A stretch of DNA of 46,643 bases from an uncultured Gammaproteobacteria bacterium (GTDB lineage Bacteria; Patescibacteriota; Microgenomatia; Levybacterales; UBA12049): NCBI GenBank assembly GCA_964624955.1, contig CAZUZF010000002.1:1-46643 (forward strand). Direction: 5' to 3'. The number at the start of each line of letters is the position of its first letter. The stretch's first letter is position 1. The notes under the pieces are model-generated. The model made no database searches. It worked only from the letters and a program-made list of their open reading frames with translations, and had not been told where the DNA came from. Both the position numbers and the translations under genes were made by a program. This document shows, in pieces, positions 44,309 to 46,643 of this stretch.

Positions 44309-44739
44309 GTTTTGGCTTTAAATTTTAAAACTCTATTTGTCATATATAAAATGCCAAAAAGATTAAATGCTATTCCTACCCAAAAAAACTGGACTTGATA
44401 AGAAGAAATTAAGGTGATAATACCAACTGTACCAAGAAGGGGTAAAAGATTAACCAAATAATGAGCACAGCAGGAAATCATAGCCGCTGTTGAGGTTGTC
44501 CCTGAGACGGCTAAAACTTTAAGGGAAACATTGTTTTTAATGGCATTTTTAAGATAGGAATAAAGGGAAACCTGGATGCCAAACCCAAGGGCAAGGGAGA
44601 GAATATAGTACCAAAACTTTGAAAATTGATCTAATGCAAAATCCCAACCGCTGACTAATGAGACAATGGTGATATAAAGAAGTAGAAGAATAGTACTTGC
44701 AATAATCCCGTTTCGTAGGGAAAGGCCAAGGTTATCCAT
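44305..44739 (-). CDS. Four-TM membrane protein with an intramembrane CCAH motif
   Basis: The ORF-track start at 44787 is TTG and overlaps the upstream gene by 44 nt. The ATG (MDNLGLS) at 44739 lies 4 nt after the upstream stop. The predicted third TM helix carries TAAMISCCAHYLVNLLP. Confidence 0.78.
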   Translation of the reverse strand: MDNLGLSLRNGIIASTILLLLYITIVSLVSGWDFALDQFSKFWYYILSLALGFGIQVSLYSYLKNAIKNNVSLKVLAVSGTTSTAAMISCCAHYLVNLLPLLGTVGIITLISSYQVQFFWVGIAFNLFGILYMTNRVLKFKAKT

Positions 44740-44743
44740 AACT

Positions 44744-45733
44744 TTATGCTCCGCAGCTTCCTCCGTTTTGTAATAATGGCCATTCAACAGTTCCTATTTT
44801 ATCTGATACGCTCTGGGCTCCCATGGCGGAGGAAAAGTTTTGAGACAAAAGTTCTTGAGGAGAAACTTTTTCAAAGTCTTTTCCCTCCTGCTTTAGATAG
44901 TAGGCTGTGTTTAAATAAGTTTGGGGAAACCAGTATGTATTAAATGCAAGGGCTGCTTTATATATTTCATCTTTGGAAAATCCTTGTGAAGCCATTAGTT
45001 CTATTAACCCAAGCATTGCCATTCCATGATTGCAATCGGGAAAAGCAGTTGAGTTTCCACAGCAGGGTCTATAAATACTGCCTGCTATTTCCTCAACCAT
45101 TTTCTGTTGTTCTTCGGAAAGATTAATGTATGAATATTTTGAGTAAACACTCATTGGGTTTTCTGGTCCTAAAGTCCAACCACCAGTTGAAGCAAAATTG
45201 GAAGCGTCTCCATCTTGCATCATCTGACCCTCTTCTAAAATCTTGTTTTTATTGGCAAGGCCCAAACCCCATAAAACATCAACCCAAAACTGGGCATTTG
45301 ACGCATTTACTTCTATATTTTTTTCTCCTGTTTCAAAATATTTATTCAATTCCTTTGGAAGCGTATCTTTTCCTGTTATTGCCTGGGCAAGTTTTACCTT
45401 ATCAATTACCCCATCCTCAACCATTTTCTTACCCAAATCTCCCCAATTGATCTTGAAAACATACTTTTCTTTCAAAACTTTACTTTGAAGTTTTGAAAGA
45501 TCTTCTTTTGCCTGAGACTGAGCTAAAGTAGCTGTTTCTAAACTTTTTGCTTCTAATCTTTGGGCATTTAATTTTTCAAATAAAATCCCTGACAAAAAAG
45601 AAGCAAGAAGGGCAAGAAAAATAAGCAAAAATCCAAGCCCTTTTTGTCTAACCAATTTATTTATTTCCTTGACAGTTCTTTTAAATTTTCTTTTATTTAA
45701 ATTGCTTAAATATTTTAATGTTATATTTTTCAT
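44744..45733 (-). CDS. Membrane-anchored extracytoplasmic Cys-rich protein (RPCCGNSTAFPDCNHG motif)
   Basis: 329 aa. Basic N-terminus plus a single TM (GLGFLLIFLALLASFLSGILF), a coiled linker, then a soluble domain with PCCGNSTAFPDCNHGMAML and a C-terminal GGSCGA. It is preceded by a 78-nt AT-rich intergenic region. Confidence 0.8.
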   Translation of the reverse strand: MKNITLKYLSNLNKRKFKRTVKEINKLVRQKGLGFLLIFLALLASFLSGILFEKLNAQRLEAKSLETATLAQSQAKEDLSKLQSKVLKEKYVFKINWGDLGKKMVEDGVIDKVKLAQAITGKDTLPKELNKYFETGEKNIEVNASNAQFWVDVLWGLGLANKNKILEEGQMMQDGDASNFASTGGWTLGPENPMSVYSKYSYINLSEEQQKMVEEIAGSIYRPCCGNSTAFPDCNHGMAMLGLIELMASQGFSKDEIYKAALAFNTYWFPQTYLNTAYYLKQEGKDFEKVSPQELLSQNFSSAMGAQSVSDKIGTVEWPLLQNGGSCGA

Positions 45734-45811
45734 TTGATTATTCTATTTATTTATATATTTTATTTATGTAACATACATTACTTTTAATAATACATTTTTT
45801 ATTACCTAAAT

Positions 45812-46465
45812 TTATTTAATTTTTTCCAGCTCTTTTTTTAGTTCGTCATTTCTAACACCCATCATGGGATCGTCATAGGTAAATCTTATAATACCATCTC
45901 TATCAACAATTAGATATGTGTGTCCTGGATACTGGCCTTTGTGCATAGATGAAGGAAGGGTTAAGGCTCCATACTGAGCTGAAACGCTTCTGTCACTGTC
46001 AAAAAGTACGACTGCTTTTTTAAGCTGGGGCATTTGTTCTAAAGCCTGTCCCCAATCATTTTTATTGTCAACTGCGATATTTAGTGTTACAACGTCACTA
46101 TTGTTAAATGCGCTATCTTCTCCAAATGCAGCCATTTGATTCCAGCAAGCAGGATAACACATAAGCCCTTCTGTAAAAAACAAAACTACTTTTTTGCCTT
46201 TTAATTTTTCAAGCTCAATTATTTTTCCATCAAAACTTTCAAGTTTAAAATTAGGAGCTTTTTTATTAAGAAGGCTATTGAATACGGTTTCATTAACTGC
46301 AACGCCTTGATGATGATTCTTGCTGTCGTCTGATAAGGGTTGTTGTCCATTAGATGTTTGGTTTAAGCTTGAAGTATTTGAAATCGAGATAAAGAGAGAA
46401 ACCACAATGATAATTAACCCGAAAACTATAGTTATCATTAATATGTTTTGTTTATTAATATTCAT
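45812..46465 (-). CDS. Membrane-anchored thioredoxin-fold redoxin (AhpC/TSA-like)
   Basis: 217 aa. N-terminal TM anchor, then APNFKLESFDGKIIELEKLKGKKVVLFFTEGLMCYPACWNQ (C-x3-C in the position of the redox-active site) and a typical redoxin fold pattern. Confidence 0.82.
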   Translation of the reverse strand: MNINKQNILMITIVFGLIIIVVSLFISISNTSSLNQTSNGQQPLSDDSKNHHQGVAVNETVFNSLLNKKAPNFKLESFDGKIIELEKLKGKKVVLFFTEGLMCYPACWNQMAAFGEDSAFNNSDVVTLNIAVDNKNDWGQALEQMPQLKKAVVLFDSDRSVSAQYGALTLPSSMHKGQYPGHTYLIVDRDGIIRFTYDDPMMGVRNDELKKELEKIK

Positions 46466-46468
46466 AGC

Positions 46469-46643
46469 TTAACTTTGGCTTATGTTTTTTATATCTCTAA
46501 ATTGTCTTACTGCAACTGCCACTATTAAAAGAAAAGTGCTTAAAAAGATAATTGCCCAAACAGGCTCCGGCAAAACTGACGTATATTCACTTATTAAGTC
46601 TACAATTTTTGTAAGATAAATATTTATGCTTATTTGATAAGTT
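46469..46643 (-). CDS. C-terminal fragment of an unidentified membrane protein (start lies off the right edge)
   Basis: Manual minus-strand translation is open from the window edge: ...YQISINIYLTKIVDLISEYTSVLPEPVWAIIFLSTFLLIVAVAVRQFRDIKNISQS, ending at the TAA at 46471-46469, 3 nt before the next ATG. It contains one clear TM helix. Confidence 0.45.
   Translation of the reverse strand, partial: TYQISINIYLTKIVDLISEYTSVLPEPVWAIIFLSTFLLIVAVAVRQFRDIKNISQS

Noticed and set aside
45766-45778. Inverted repeat ATGTA-ACA-TACAT upstream of the Cys-rich protein gene as a possible CopY-type cop box
   Set aside because: The arrangement is TGTA-N3-TACA, not the TACA-N2-TGTA consensus. It is only 5 bp per arm in a very AT-rich spacer, and no CopY/CsoR gene is present. 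This is likely chance.
1-46643. Alternative genetic code (UGA recoding, as in some candidate phyla)
   Set aside because: Standard-code translation gives long uninterrupted family-consistent proteins. TGA is used repeatedly as a genuine stop in ATGA overlaps. I see no evidence for code 4 or 25.
1-46643. CRISPR arrays, transposases, integrases, prophage genes, rRNA
   Set aside because: Reading both strands by eye turned up no regularly spaced direct repeats and no recombinase-like ORFs. The only exact repeat I noticed is the 12-mer promoter element.

Overview
This is a low-GC window using the standard genetic code (long ORFs, many TGA stops), and it is almost entirely minus-strand. Small DUF-type proteins and the expansion of membrane glycosyltransferases suggest a CPR/Patescibacteria (Microgenomates-like) bacterium; that lineage call is inference only.

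Positions 1-40319 form one near-gapless, co-directional array of about 30 cell-envelope glycosylation genes. It holds 17 polytopic GT-C-type membrane proteins in at least five paralog groups:
- 4 GT39/PMT_2-like and 1 ArnT-like
- 4 PTPS-related/COG5617-like
- 3 YfhO
- 3 of an unnamed 'D-x-GRD' family, one of them fused to a GT2 domain
- 2 DUF2029/GT87-like, one cut by the left window edge

Also in the array are 7 stand-alone GT2s, 1 GT4, a Wzx/MOP flippase, a SAM methyltransferase, GalE and a secreted protein. One small plus-strand gene (DUF5652-like) interrupts the array.

Near the right end of the array, two soluble domain-less orphan ORFs (218 aa and 125 aa) bracket a GT2 + GT-C pair. Sigma70-like promoters sit here, three of them with the -10 hexamer exactly 6 nt from the start codon (leaderless geometry). 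Two of those share the identical 12-mer TATAATCTTTAT.

A tRNA-Glu(CUC) at 40836-40909 separates the array from a metal-handling module. That module has a P1B-type ATPase with a CPD motif instead of CPC/CPH, a DUF5676-like membrane protein and a YHS protein. It continues with a secreted His-pair protein, a 4-TM protein with an intramembrane CCAH motif, a membrane-anchored Cys-rich protein and an anchored redoxin.

No CRISPR array, transposase, integrase or rRNA was seen. Family names are recalled from motif resemblance and need HMM confirmation.
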